A program made the position numbers and the translations under genes. Under the pieces are notes generated by a model. It was not told the origin of the DNA. It made no database searches and was given only the letters and a program-made list of their open reading frames with translations. A DNA stretch of 64,000 bases from Rebecca billardiae RCC1528 (lineage: Eukaryota > Protista > Haptophyta), in the NCBI GenBank assembly GCA_965240325.2, contig OZ251225.1, positions 2,914,001 through 2,978,000 of the forward strand, read 5' to 3'. Position 1 is the first letter of the stretch. Each line of letters opens with the position of its first letter. This document shows, one piece after another, positions 22,165 through 34,645 of the stretch.

Positions 22165-25100
22165 ATGGCGGACGCGGGCCTGGGCGACGATGACGAGCAG
22201 GTGCGCCCTCGCGACGGCGCGCGAGGCCGGCGGGGCGGTTGGCGAGGGTGTCGCCGCGCCGTGCCAGCCGTCGCCCCCTACGCCTCTGCCCCGAGCCGAC
22301 CCCCGCCCTGCGCGCGTGCGCGCCTGCCGGCGGCCGTGCGCGCGCGCGCGCGCAGGTCGACGGCGCTCGGCTGCAACTGCAGCACGCGTTCGGCGGCCGC
22401 GTCTCGAGCGCGCGCGACGGCGTGATGTTCACGAGCGACTCGTCGGCGGTGTACCCCGTCGGCAAGTTCATCGCGCAGCACGACCTGCAGAACGCCCTGC
22501 AGGCCTTCCTCTACGAGCAGCCAGCCGTGATACAGGAGATCACGGCTCTGGCGATCTCGCCCAATCTCAAGTACCTCGCGGTGTGCGAGCTGCACTCGTC
22601 GTCGGGGCTGAGCAAGCCGGGGCGCGCGCAGGTCTCCGTCATCTTCCTCCCCACCCGCCGCTTCATGCGCACGCTCTCGCACCCCACGATGGAGGGGCCG
22701 GTCACGTGCGCGGCCTTCTCGCCTGACAACAAGGTGCTGATCGCGCAGGTCGGCGCGCCCGAGCACTCCGCCATCGTGTGGCACTGGGAGAAGGGCAAGG
22801 TGCGCGCCGCCGCGCGGCGTCGGCGCGAGCCGAGCCGACCCGCGCCCCGCCCGCGCCGCGGCCCGTCCGGCGCCTCGCTGCGCGCTGCGCTCGCGCTCAC
22901 TGCTCCGCGCCGCGCGCGCGCTCGCGCCGCGCGCCCGGCCGGGACGCGCGCGACCGCGCAGATGCTGAGCACGCTCAAGGCGCGCGCGGCGGTCACGCGC
23001 ATCCGGTTCAACCCGGAGCAGGCGCAGATGGTCTCCTCCTCCTCCCCGATGCGCGTGGTCCGGCTCAGCGACAAGGGCTACTTCAAGGACGTCGAGATCC
23101 CGGCGTTCCGAAAGCTCGGGGGCATCGAGGTGGCCGAGCACATCTGGCTGTCGGGCAGCCGGCTGCTCGTGCTCACGGCGGACGGGCTGGCGCACGGCTT
23201 CACGTCGGGCGAGCACATGTACACGGCGCGCTGGTGGGTGCCCGCCGTGCCGCGCGAGCAGCTCACGCCGAGCGAGCCCAGGCTGCTCGGCACGCAGCTC
23301 GAGAAGGATGAGGACGACGAGGCGGCCGCCGGGGGCGACGGCGCGCAGCGGGGCCACGCGTATGCGGGGGCGGAGGGCGGCCGGCGCTCGCGGCGCGGGT
23401 CCGGGGCGCAGGCCTCGCCCGGCCGGCACTCGCGCGGCAGCCACAGCGGCGCCGACTCCGAGGCGGACGGCGGGCGCTCGGCCGCGCCCGCCGACGCCGC
23501 GCGCCGCCGCCGCCCGTCGCAGCAGCGGCGCGGCTCGCGGCAGTCCGCTGACCAGCCCCACGGCCCGCGCAGCGTGAGCACGCCGAGCTCGGCGGGGCGG
23601 CCGCCCAAGCCGCCGTCGGCCGGCAGCACGCCGGGGCGCGGCGCGGGGGCGCCCGCCGTGGCGCCCCTGCCGCCGATCGCGCCGCCCGCGTCCGAGCTGG
23701 CTGACCACGCGGCGGAGGTGGCGCAGCCGCAGCCCGCGGCCGAGGGCGGCGACGGCGACGCTGGCGGTGACGGCGGCGGCGGCGGCTCTGGCGAGGGCCC
23801 TGGGGAGGACGGGGGCGAGACTGGCGCGGAGGGCGGCGACACGGCGCGCGGCGGCAACCGGCCGCGCTCGCGCGCGGGCAGCGTCGCCGACTCGGTCTCC
23901 GCGCCCTCCTACCCGCCGTACCGCGTCACCTGCGTCTGCCCCTTCGCCCAGGGTGTCCTTGCCGGCACCTCAGACGGCGCCGCGCTGCTGCTCGTCGACG
24001 ACGGACCATCGCAGCGGCTGCGGCTGGCGGCGACGGTGCGGCTGGACATGCGGCCGACGGCGATGATCACGATCAGCGTGAGCCCGACGGAGGCGGACGC
24101 GCTGATGCAGTTCGCGGACAACCAGATCGGCACCTTCTCCCTCCGCGCCATCCTGCGCCAGCTCGGGCTCGAGAGCAACGTGCAGGGCGGCGCGGGCGTG
24201 GCGACCGCGACGGCTAAGCTCGACGTCTCGGAGGGGCGGCCGGCGCGGCCGAGCGGGGAGCAGCAGCCGCTCTCGCCCGGCTCGACGGCGGCGCGGCCGA
24301 TCCTCGACGTGCCGTACGAGCTGCTCTCGAGCGGCTTCCACCGCGGCGCGCTCACCGGCCTCGCCGCCGCCATCGCCAAGCCGCTCCTCGTGTCATGCGG
24401 CGAAGACGGCTCGGTGCGCGTGTGCGCGTACGGGACGCCGCGCGCCACGCTGCTCGTGCACACGTGCGAGGACGGCGTGCCGCTCTCGGTGGGGATCCAC
24501 CCGCTGGGCGTGCAGATGTGCCTGGTGCGCAAGGACCGCGTCTCGCTCATGGAGGTGGGCACCGACGCCCTCTGGATCGGCCGCGAGCTCCACATCGCGC
24601 ACGCGACGCGCGCCGTGTACTCGACGGCCGGCGCGTACATTGCGGTAGCATGCGGCTCGACGCTGACCATCATCGCGGCGTTCTCCGGGATGCAGGTGGC
24701 GCGGCTGCAGGGGCACACGGGGACGATCCACGCGATGCAGTGGGCGCCCGACGACATGTCCATCGCCTCCGCCGGCTCGGACGGCATGATCTACCGCTGG
24801 TCGGTCGCGGACGGCACGCGCATCGAGGAGCACCACGCAAAGGGCGTGAGCTACCACGCGGTCGCCGTCGTCGTCGGCGTGAAGAGCCAGTACAAGGAGG
24901 GCACGGGCAAGAAGGAGGAGGGCGAGGGCGCGCAGGCCGCCGCGCGCCCGGGCGACCCGGCGAGCGGGCTGCTCGGCGGCGCCACCGACGTCGCCGAGGC
25001 GCACGAGCTGCGCGCGCGCCAGTCGCGCGGCGTGATTGAGCCTCACACGCGCACAGCCACGGTCGCCATTGGCACGGACATGAAGCTGCGGCTGGTCTCG

Positions 25101-27937
25101 TCGGGCGACGTGTCCGAGGTGTCGATCCTGTCGAGCCTCGCGGCCGCGGACGAGCGCCATCGCGAGGGCGCCGACGCCGGCCGAGACGCCGCCGCCGCGA
25201 CGACCAGCGTCGCCGCCGCGGCCGCGTCGGCGGCCGCGGCCAAGTCGGGCGGCGTGGTCGCCGCCGGCGTCGGCTCCTCCGCACCCGTCAAGTTCACGTC
25301 ACTCGCGGCGATGCACGGCGAGCCGATCCTGTTCGCCGGCACGCAGAGCGGCGAGATCCACGTGTTCACGGTCGAGGCGCGCTACTCGGACGACATCAGC
25401 GACATCACCACGCGCCGGCTCAGCCTGGGCGGCATGGGCGGCCCGCGCGAGCTCGCGCGCCGACACGGCCTGCCGGACGGCGACCGCAGCACCGGCGCGG
25501 GCACCCAGGGCGGCCCGGGCGTGCTGCGGCTGACGGCGCACCTGAACGTGGCGGCCTCGTCGCAGTCGGGGGCGACGGCGAGCCTCGCCGACCCGATCGC
25601 CGTGCTCGTCCCCGGCGGCTCGGGCGCAAAGTGCTTCCAGGCGCACCACGGGCGCGTCGGGCGGCTCACCGTCACGGCCGACGACTGCTTCCTGCTGAGT
25701 GCCGCGGACGACGGCTCCGTGTTCATCTTCAGCATCTCGCTGCAGACGCGCGCGGTCGACGCGCTCACGCAGCCCGTCTCGCTCTCCACGCTCGCCACGT
25801 CCGACGTCGTCTCGATCGGCCGGCGCACCATCGACGAGCTCAAGGGACAGCTCGAGGAGGCGCAGCTCGCCGCCGCCGAGCGCGACCTCACCGCCGACGC
25901 GGCGGTCGCGCGCGTCGAGGCGGCGTGGCGCGAGCGCACAGACCAGAAAGAGCGGAGCCACAACGAGGCGGTGGCGAGGCTGGAGCGCTCGCTCGCCGAG
26001 GCGCACGCGGCGCGGATGGGCGAGGCGTCGGCGTTCACCAAGCGGCTCGGCGCGCTCGCGCAGCACGCGGACAACCAGCGGCGCGAGGCCGCTTCCCACC
26101 TGGAGGGCGTGCTCAAGCTGGAAATCGAGCGGGCAGAGGGGCTGCAGCACTCGCTGGCCGCGCAGCAGGAGAGCGCAGAGGCGCGGCTCGGCGCGCTCGG
26201 CGCGCAGCTCGGCGCGGAGCGGGCCAAGGCGGCGGAGGCCGCGGCGGTGCACGCGCGCGAGATCGACAAGCTCGTCGCCGAGGCGCAGTCGCAGCTCGAG
26301 CGCACGCGCGCCGCGTCGGAGGAGGTTGCGCAGATGGTCGAGGAGGAGTACGAGTCTGAAGTATCGCACCTGAAGCGTGACACGGCCGCCAAGCTGGATG
26401 ACGCGCTCGCGGTGGCGGCGCAGCTGCGCGTCGACCGGATGGTCGACCGCAACCAGATGGCGAAGCGGCAGGAGCGGATCGAGCAGCTCGAGCGCTCGGT
26501 GGCCGAGAAGCAGCAGCTCCTCGTCAACTCGCACGCGCGCATCGAGGCGCTCGAGGGCCAGCGCGCCGCGCTGCACGCCGAGATCGAGGCGCGCGAGCGC
26601 ACGCTGGGCGAGCGCGAGCGTCAGTACCACGAGCTGTCTGAGACGGCGGTCAAGCTAGTCAACTGCCGCGACATGCTCGACTCGCGCGTCAAAGAGCTCG
26701 AGGTGCGGCGGGCGGCGCGCGGCACACACCGCGCGCGCGGCGCACACCGCTCGCGCGCGCGCACGCGCCGCTGCGGACATCGCGCCGCGCGGCACCGCCG
26801 ACACGGCGCGCGCGCGGCGCGAGCGCGGCTCGCGCGGCGCGCGCGGCCGCCGGCCGCTTGCGCGCGCGCGCGCGCTCACTCGCGCCGCGCGCGCCCCGCC
26901 GCCCACCCTCACGCGCGCCGCCGCGGGCACAGTCGAACGAGCGCTCGTCTGAGGCAGAGCGTCGCGAGCTGCGCGCCACGTCCGACGCGATGATGGCCGA
27001 GCTGCGCGAGCACGCGCGCGGGCGCGAGGCGAGCGAGCGCGCGCTCGTCGAGGCAAAGGCGGCGGCCGATCGCGCGGCCGACGGCCGGCGCGCCGCCGAG
27101 CGCCGCGCCTCGTCGTTCGAGGGACGGCTCGCGGTGCTTGCGGACGAGCTGTCGCGCATCGTGCAAAAGTCCTCGCGCTCGTGGGACGACGTGACCGCGC
27201 TGCTACAGGCGCACAACGACAACCCGGCGCCCAAGCACCCGCCGCACTTCGAGGCGGCCGCGCTCGCCGAGATGACCTGGCAGCGCGGCCAGACCGAACG
27301 TGAGGCCGCGCGGCTGCGCGCGCAGCTGCAGCACGCGCGCATCGAGCGCAACGGCGCGCTGCGGCAGCAGAAGATGGATAACGCCGACCTGCTCGTCGAC
27401 CTGAACTCGCTGCGCCGCGAGAACCACCGCCTCAAGCGCGCGCTCGCCAAGACCAAGGACATGGTCGCGCAGCACGTCGCGTCGCGCTACGCGGGCGAGC
27501 TCGCCATCGAGCGTGCGTCGACCGTGGCGGAGGAGCTGGGCTCGGACGAGTCGGACGACGAGTCGGAGGAGGACTCGGAGGAGGGCGACGAGCGCGCGTC
27601 GCCGCCCGCCACCGCGGACGCGCGGCACAACAGCAGCCTGCTCACGTCGGTGAGCCGCGCGCGCATGACGGAGCAGGAGCTCGAGCTGCGCGCGCTGCGC
27701 GAGCAGGTGTCCTTCTTCATGTCGCAGCCGATCGCCGGCGGCGTCACGACGCACGCGGTCCCCACGAGCGTCGGCATGCTGCACGCCGGCTCGACCATCT
27801 CGTCGCCGTCGTCGGCGGTCTCGGCCGCGCCGACCGTCCGGCGCGGCCGCGCGAACGGCTCGACGCAGCCCGCCGTGCGCTGGGAGCGTGCGGGCAACAC
27901 GATGATGCGCAAGACGGTGCCGCTGCCGCCTGTGTGA
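22165..27937 (+). CDS. CFAP57: CFAP57/WDR65-like axonemal WD40 plus coiled-coil protein. Exons 22165-22200, 22356-22799, 22962-26702, 26933-27937
   Basis: HAFG..VYPVG..ITALAISPNLKYLAVCE..AFSPDNKVLIAQ..WHWEKGK; HRGALTGL..KPLLVSCGEDGSVRV; long C-terminal coiled coil. Confidence 0.8.
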
Positions 27938-28136
27938 AGCTTGGAACGGCGGTACTGAGGCACCACTGAGCCGTGTAACTGTCTGTAGTCTGTTTCGCGT
28001 ATTTTTGGCTCGCGGCTGTGTAGTATCATAGTACATTTTCATGCTATGGGGATCTAGATACAAGTATTGTACCGCTTCGGCTCATCACTGCATGCATGAT
28101 TCTGCTCGCGCTGGGCCGAGCGCCGCCCTGAACCTC

Positions 28137-29678
28137 ATGGCTGCCAGCAATGTCGATGCCCGGCCGCGGGGCCAAGCAGTCAGGCCGCTCGCCGGGTTGC
28201 TTCTCGTAGCGACGCGTGTTTTCGCGCCGTACTGCCCAAACGCGGCGATCGCACCTGCAGACGCTGCCGAGCGGCTGCGAGCTCACCACACGGAGCTGCG
28301 CAGCCGATGTGGCTTCCGGCCGCTCAACGGCGCGCCTGCGACCTCGGGCCGGATGCCGCCGCGCGATTTACGCCTGGCCTCTGCGTGGACGACGCCAGTG
28401 CTGCCGCACTACGAAAACGACGACTGGCCAAAACCCGCGCACTGCAAGACGCTGGACCCACACCTCCCCGCATTGACGTGTGATGTCCCCACGCGCTTCC
28501 TCACAACGCCACCTCGCGGGCAGCGCGAACCTCCTGGGCAGCCACTCGTCGTCCAGCTCGTATGGAAGGCGGGGATCACGACGCTGAAGCACTTTTGGCG
28601 GTGCGCGTTCGACCAAAAGCGCCACACTTCCTCTGCCGATTTTGTGCCCGAGTCGCAGCTCGGTGAAGCCACCGTGCGTGTCGGCATGACGCGCGATCCG
28701 ATCGAGCGGCTGCTGTCCTCGTATGGAGAGATCCTCAAGCGCACGACCGAGGTGGTGCGCGGCGAGCGCGAGGGGCAGGCCTTCCGACTGCCAGGCCTGC
28801 GACAGATCGAGCGCGTCGTCGCGTCCACAGACCGCTCGCTGAAGAAGGCACACCACGGTCGCAACCAAGCCTTGCGGCAAAGCACGCCCACGCGCGAGCG
28901 CTGGCGAGCGAAAATCACAGAGTCGGAGCGCGCAGCAGCCGCAGCTGGCGCGGCCGTCGAGACGCCGCAATCGGGAGCCGCAGACCCCACGGCCAGCGCA
29001 CGCAACGCTATTCTGCGCGACCCGATCGGCGCCCTGCAGCGGGCCGGTGTCGGTTGGCTTGTGGCTGGCTGGACAGGCGGCGTGCCGCAGTACGAGCCGG
29101 ACCGGAATGGCGGGCTGGCGCTGGTGGCGCGCGGTGAGCTGAACGAGAGCGAGCGCTTCTCGCACTTTGTCCGCTCGCTGGAGTGCGTCTAGCGCTACGT
29201 GAGCTGGCAGCATGCGGCGACAGCCTCCGCGTTCATGAGCGCAGACCATGTCGTTTCGACCACTGCGCAGGAGGCTGACTGGCTCGCAGCAGGGTGGTGG
29301 CAGCGGGAGCGGCGCAAAGCCGAGGGGCGGCGGCTGCAGCGCAAAGCCAAAGCCAAAGGGCAGTGCGCGCAGCATGAGCTGCCAGCACCGCGCGTGACCG
29401 AGCTGATTCGGCAGGAGTCCTTCGAGTCGGACCTTCTCCGGGTCGTCCGTCGGACCAACGCGACCATCCCGTCCAATTGCACAGTGGAAGCACGCAACCC
29501 GTCAAGACTGCACGCGCTTGAGCCTGGCTTCCCGTCTAAGAGCACACTGCGCGAGGTGCTTGAGCGCGACCCACAACTCATGCGCATCGTCTGCCGCGTG
29601 TACTTCCAGGATTTCACGTGCTTTGGCTACCCGCTGCCCCCGGCGTGCCGGGATCCGGATACTAGTCCGTGTCACTGA
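28137..29678 (+). pseudogene. Sulfotransfer_2 family gene interrupted by an in-frame TAG at 29190-29192
   Basis: VWKAGITT and RDPIERLLSSYGE lie upstream of the stop; RIVCRVYFQDFTCFGYPLP lies downstream in the same frame. Confidence 0.65.
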
Positions 29679-30466
29679 GTCTGACTCTGAGTCAGTGTTC
29701 GGAGACCCGGCCGCGGCGCCCACGGGTTCCGCAGGTGACGGGCGCAGGTCCAGGGCAGGGGGCGGGGCAGGAATGGGACGGCAGCCGACTCACTGGACGA
29801 GCAGTGCGGCGCGGTAAATTATTAGAAACGACGACGACGGATAATTCGTTGGTCAAGAAGGTCAACGACTGGACACTCGTCGTCTTTTTTTCGTAAGTCA
29901 GTGGGCAGACCGTGGCGCGTGCGGCGTCACTGTGACTGGGCCTGGCGACACTGTCCGAGACACTGACAGGCGAGACGCGAGTGGCGTCAGGCGTGACTCG
30001 GTGAGTCGGTGGCGGGCGCCCGGGCCCCGGGGCGGCCCGTGTGGCCGGCCCGCGGGCGGACTTTGTAGTGATGCTGCTTGATGGAGCTAGTGTAGTAGTG
30101 ATGACTGAGTTTCGACTTGGGAATAGTGGCAGCATCGTCCGGTCCGTGGCGCCCGTGCGATGTGCCCAGCGGCAGCGATACTATCACTAGACACTACTGC
30201 GCGCAATGATGATGCTGAAATATATATATATATATATACTTTATTTCGGAAAAATATTTCGGGTAAATCGGATATGACCGCGTTCCGCGGTCTTTTTCCG
30301 TAGAACGAACGTAGTTCGGGGCCCGCGGCGCACCCTCCGTCGGCTGCTGTGTCAGTCTGACATGTGTAACAGTTCGCCTGAGCTGCCACCGCCAACTCAG
30401 TCACTGCCGCCCACCGGGCCGGCGGGCCGAGGACTGTCGCCGCGGGTCCGCGGGCCGCCGCGGGGA

Positions 30467-31855
30467 CTAGCGGCCGGCGCGCGCGCGCAGGCAGGACGAG
30501 AGGCGCTGGCGCGGCGCGAGCCGGCGCGTGCGCGCGAGCGGGCGCACCTGCTTGAGGTACTCGCCCTGCGCCATGCGCTCGACGACGGGCCGCTGGTCGC
30601 TCGTGCCGGCAGAGCGAGAGCGCGCGCCACTGCTGGCCCCGGCCTGCCGGCTGCGCAGCCTCGCACCGAGACCGACCGAGCGGAGCTCGGGGCGGTGGAA
30701 CGAGGCGAGCGGCGCGTCGCGCCTGCCGCCGCGCGTGCGCGCCTGCTCCACCGCGCCGCCGTGCTCGCCCGCCGCCTCCTCCGCCGCGTCGGCCTCGAAG
30801 ACGGCGGCTGCCAGCGGCAGGCTGAGCCGCGCGCCGGCTCACTCACACTGTGAGTCACACCCGCGGTCGCCTCGACGGCCAACTATCCACAGCTGCTCGA
30901 GCTGCTGGAGGGCGCCGCGACGATGGCGGCGCGGGCGCCCAGCGCGTCCGTTGCTGCGTCGCTCAGCTCGTCGAGCTCGGCGCCGCACTTCGCCAGCTTG
31001 GCGCCTAGCGCCTCCGCGTGTCACGTGCTCGTGCACGTCAGCCTGCTGATACGCCGCCGCCCATCGGCACTTCTGGCATCTGCGCGCGCAGCTGCTGCAG
31101 CTCGACGGCGGAGTCGTCGCGGCTGGCGGCGAGGGTGCGCACCGCGTCGATTGCCGAGGCCTGCAGCCCGGTGATCGCCGCGTCGACGCGCGCGGCGATT
31201 TCCCCACGCAGCTCCTCGCGCCACGTGGCCGCCGCTCGCGTGGCAGGCAGCTGGGCACCGCTGCGCGACCCGGAACCGGCGCGCGTTTCACTGATGCTCC
31301 TGCTCGTCCTCACGCTGCTGCACCTCCGCGCCGCCGTCGACCGAGTTGAGGAGGAGCTCGCGCTCGGCGTCGAGGCGCGAGCTCGCGTGCTCGAGCTTGC
31401 CCTTCAGCCGCGCGAGCTCCGGGCGCATCCGGCTCATCAGCTCTGCCGCGCCCGCTCGCTCGCAGCGGCGCGCTCTGCTCCGGGCGGCGAGCGACGAGCT
31501 CGCGTGCTCCGGACTCGGCTCGCCCTTGCGCGCTGCTCCTCGAGTGACGAACGCCTGCGGGGCACGAACGAAAGTCGGTGATCAACCGCGCAGCGCCACC
31601 GCTGCCGAGTGCGCCCTCCGCCGCCAGCACCTTGCGGACCTGGCCAAGGAGCTGCTTGATCGCTTTTGTTGACACGCCGTACTCGCTCGCGGCGCCGGGG
31701 ATGGTCTGCTTGTGCCTGGCGACGGAGATGGCGGCAGCGGTGCTCTGGAACGTGGTGTTGTTCACCCGCGTCACCGTCCTCGAGTCGAGCAGCGCGTTCA
31801 ATACGCGGCGAACGTAGTCCTGGTCGGCGTCGCCGGTCGAGGTGCTGCTTGCCAT
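30467..31855 (-). pseudogene. Fragmented coding relic: N-terminal HTH-like segment followed by coiled-coil pieces in different frames
   Basis: AAISVARHKQTIPGAASEYGVSTKAIKQLL resembles psq/CENP-B-type HTH. Pieces such as LMSRMRPELARLKGKLE and WREELRGEIAARVDAAI are separated by stops or frameshifts that I cannot cleanly splice. Confidence 0.35.
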
Positions 31856-32171
31856 CGCCCCCCACCCACGTGCGATCGGGCCCACCTCTGTTGTTTTGCG
31901 TCGGTGACGGGGCCGCGACGACTTGACGCGAGCATCTTCAATAATCTATGATCATCTCAGGGTTACTACGTGAAGCGGTAGAATAGAATTTCATTTACGA
32001 GCATTGATACGACGCGGTGCAACGTGAAGCGGTTTTTTTTAAGATACGACGCGGTCTAATGACCCATTGTTCATACATGTACATGAATGGGTCGTCATAA
32101 ACGGCGGGCGGCTCATTTATGACCAGACCGGGCCCTGGGTGATTGATGATCAGAACCCGCAAAAGCTAGCG

Positions 32172-32231
32172 GCAGTCCAGCACACAAGTAATGAATTAAT
32201 AACAAGCGCAGTCCAGCACACAAGTAATGAA
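32172..32231. repeat. 24-bp direct repeat GCAGTCCAGCACACAAGTAATGAA x2 (32172-32195, 32208-32231)
   Basis: Read directly from the sequence. Confidence 0.9.
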
Positions 32232-32233
32232 CG

Positions 32234-32590
32234 AATGGCCCGCGGTGCCGGCTGGCTATCTAGATACGTCGTCATCGCTCCTTGATGACCTTGCGGCAAT
32301 CTCATTGGCTGGAAAAAATCGCTTGTAACGGTTCGTTACGTTATGGATCCTAAAGGGCGTGAAGTTTTTTGGACGGGCGTCACTCCAATATGAACTTGCC
32401 GTGGGCGCGACCTTTTTCGGCCGTGATGCATGTTATTAGAGAGGGTCTCAAAATTCGAAACTCGGTCTCCTCCAGCCCTGAAAATCGTCCCCCGTCCCTT
32501 TTTTCTTGATCAAAGATCTTTTTGAAACGTTGTTCGGGCCCGCTGGTGCGGGCTCCACGCTGCGCGCTCCGCCCTGCACCGCGGGCCATT
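32234..32590. mobile_element. MITE-like element, 357 bp, with perfect 15-bp terminal inverted repeats
   Basis: AATGGCCCGCGGTGC ... GCACCGCGGGCCATT; non-coding AT-richer interior; the right end recurs at 38960-39012. Confidence 0.7.
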
Positions 32591-32823
32591 ATAAATAAAA
32601 CTCAGTTGCAGCCGCATGCCGGGCATGACCAGCTTGACTTTGAGTTGTCAACTATCTATTGAGTTGTCAGACTTGGCGTCAGTTTATAGACACCGCCGGT
32701 CAGCACCCGACACCCACTACCCAGTCACCGTCTGTCAATCAGGTGTGAGTCGACTGGTCCCGCATATTGAGCCTGCGACGGCCGACACTGGGCCGACACC
32801 ACTCCCGAGGAGACAAGAGAAAG

Positions 32824-32839
32824 GGTGTAGATATACACC
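32824..32839 (-). promoter_or_regulatory. Histone 3' stem-loop-like element (H3 copy 2)
   Basis: Reverse complement is GGTGTATATCTACACC, about 130 nt after the stop codon. Confidence 0.85.
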
Positions 32840-32970
32840 TGGAAGAATTCAGCGTGGACACACGCTTGATGGAGTCGTGGCGAGTGCGCGGCCCGGGCGA
32901 CTGGGCCGGGAGGCCGGGCTCACCGCCAGCGAGACCAGGGTTGGCAGCGGCCAGCAACGGATGCTGGTGC

Positions 32971-33501
32971 TTAAGCGCGCTCGCCACGGATGCGGCGCGC
33001 GAGCTGGATGTCCTTCGGCATGATCGTCACGCGCTTCGCGTGGATCGCGCACAGGTTCGTGTCCTCGAACAGGCCGACGAGGTACGCCTCCGACGCCTCC
33101 TGCAGCGCGACGACCGCCGACGACTGGAAGCGCAGATCAGTCTTGAAATCCTGCGCGATCTCACGCACGAGGCGCTGGAACGGCAACTTGCGGATGAGCA
33201 GCTCCGTCGACTTCTGGTACCGCCGGATCTCGCGCAGCGCCACCGTGCCAGGGCGGTAGCGGTGCGGCTTCTTCACGCCACCGGTCGCCGGCGCCGACTT
33301 GCGCGCCGCCTTGGTCGCGAGCTGCACGGCGCGCGCAGAGCGGGGGCGGGCGGACCGAGTCTCAGCGCGCGGCGCGGCGATGGCGCGGCGAGCGTCGGGC
33401 GCAGGCGCACGCCACGCACGACGCACTGCGCGCGCGCGCACCTGCTTACGCGGCGCCTTGCCGCCGGTCGACTTGCGGGCAGTCTGCTTCGTACGCGCCA
33501 T
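32971..33501 (-). CDS. H3: Histone H3, copy 2. Exons 33501-33442 and 33321-32971; 5' UTR intron about 33665-33504
   Basis: Protein identical to copy 1, with the same 120-nt intron. Confidence 0.99.
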   Translation of the reverse strand: MARTKQTARKSTGGKAPRKQVRARAVRRAWRAPAPDARRAIAAPRAETRSARPRSARAVQLATKAARKSAPATGGVKKPHRYRPGTVALREIRRYQKSTELLIRKLPFQRLVREIAQDFKTDLRFQSSAVVALQEASEAYLVGLFEDTNLCAIHAKRVTIMPKDIQLARRIRGERA

Positions 33502-33665
33502 GTCTGCCGCGCGTGAGGGAGAGGGAGGGGGGGCGGCGGAAGGGGGCGAGCGACGGTCAATGCTATCAGTAGCGTGCACGACTCGCGCGCTGCGCGGCAC
33601 GGCGTTCGCGCGCACGGCGCCGCACGCGGCGCCTGCGCGCAACGTTGGGGGACGCGCGCGCGCAC

Positions 33666-33848
33666 CTGCTGAGTGCTTGTGTTCGAATGGGTGAACTTGG
33701 GAAGGTGAAAGACGAGCGGCGGCTGTGTCGCGCTCGCGAACGACGGTTGGGTCTCGTCAATACGAGTTTGAATACTACGAGGCTCGTCCGCCAATCTAAC
33801 GGTCAAATCTCGTGCCTCCAAGCCAGGTCAAACCGAGCCGCCGAGCAG
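33666..33848. promoter_or_regulatory. Compact bidirectional promoter and first non-coding exons of H3 and H2B; CCAAT at about 33791
   Basis: Only about 180 bp lie between the two outward-facing CAG|GTGCG 5' UTR intron donors. Confidence 0.6.
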
Positions 33849-34078
33849 GTGCGTAGCTCCCCCGCGTGGTTCGCGTGCGCGTCCTCGCGCTCCCGCGCGG
33901 TGTGCAGAGCTCTCGCGCCTGAGAGGCGGCGCCACGCGCGTGGTGTGTGTGGCGCGGCACTGCATGTCGCGCCGCCCGCGCCCCGGCTCACCCTCGCCTC
34001 CCACCCCGCGCGCGCGCACTTCACGTTCGCGCGGCCTCGCGATGGCCTGCCGTCGCCGCCGCGCGCAGTCCAGCAGCC

Positions 34079-34547
34079 ATGCCCGCCAAGAAGACGCCCT
34101 CCAAGAAGATCGTCAAGAAGTCCGTGAAGAAGTCGGGCGACAAGAAGAAGAAGTCGAAGAAGCGCACCGAGAGCTACTCCTCGTACATCTACAAGGTGCT
34201 CAAGCAGGTGCACCCGGACACGGGCATCTCGTCCAAGGCGATGTCGATCATGAACTCGTTCATCAACGACGCGTTCGAGCGCATCGCGACGGAGGCGGGC
34301 AAGCTTGTTCGCTACAACAAGAAGGGCACGCTTTCGTCGCGCGAGATCCAGACGGCGGTGCGGCTCATCCTGCCGGGTGAGCTCGCCAAGCACGCCGTGT
34401 CCGAGGGCACCAAGGCGGTGACCAAGTACACGAGCAACCAGGTGTGTGGACGCTCGCGGGTGCCCGCTGGTGTGTCTGTGTCGACGCGCGCTCATGCACT
34501 CACGGCTCGCGCCCCCCCATGCCGCCCCCGTCGCCCGCGCGCAGTAA
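34079..34547 (+). CDS. H2B: Histone H2B. Exons 34079-34441 and 34545-34547 (stop codon only); 5' UTR intron 33849-34068
   Basis: [47 protein letters not shown]; junction CAG|GTGTGT...GCGCAG|TAA. Confidence 0.97.
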
Positions 34548-34645
34548 ATGGTTGGCGTGTCCGACGCTGCCGCACTCTGGTGCTGCCCGTGCAGCAGTCA
34601 TGGGGATCGAGTCTGCGGCTGCGCCGCTGTTCGGACCCCTCTTTC

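Noticed and set aside
31970-32231. CRISPR-like short direct repeats
   Set aside because: Only two units of each repeat, irregular spacing, eukaryotic context and no cas genes
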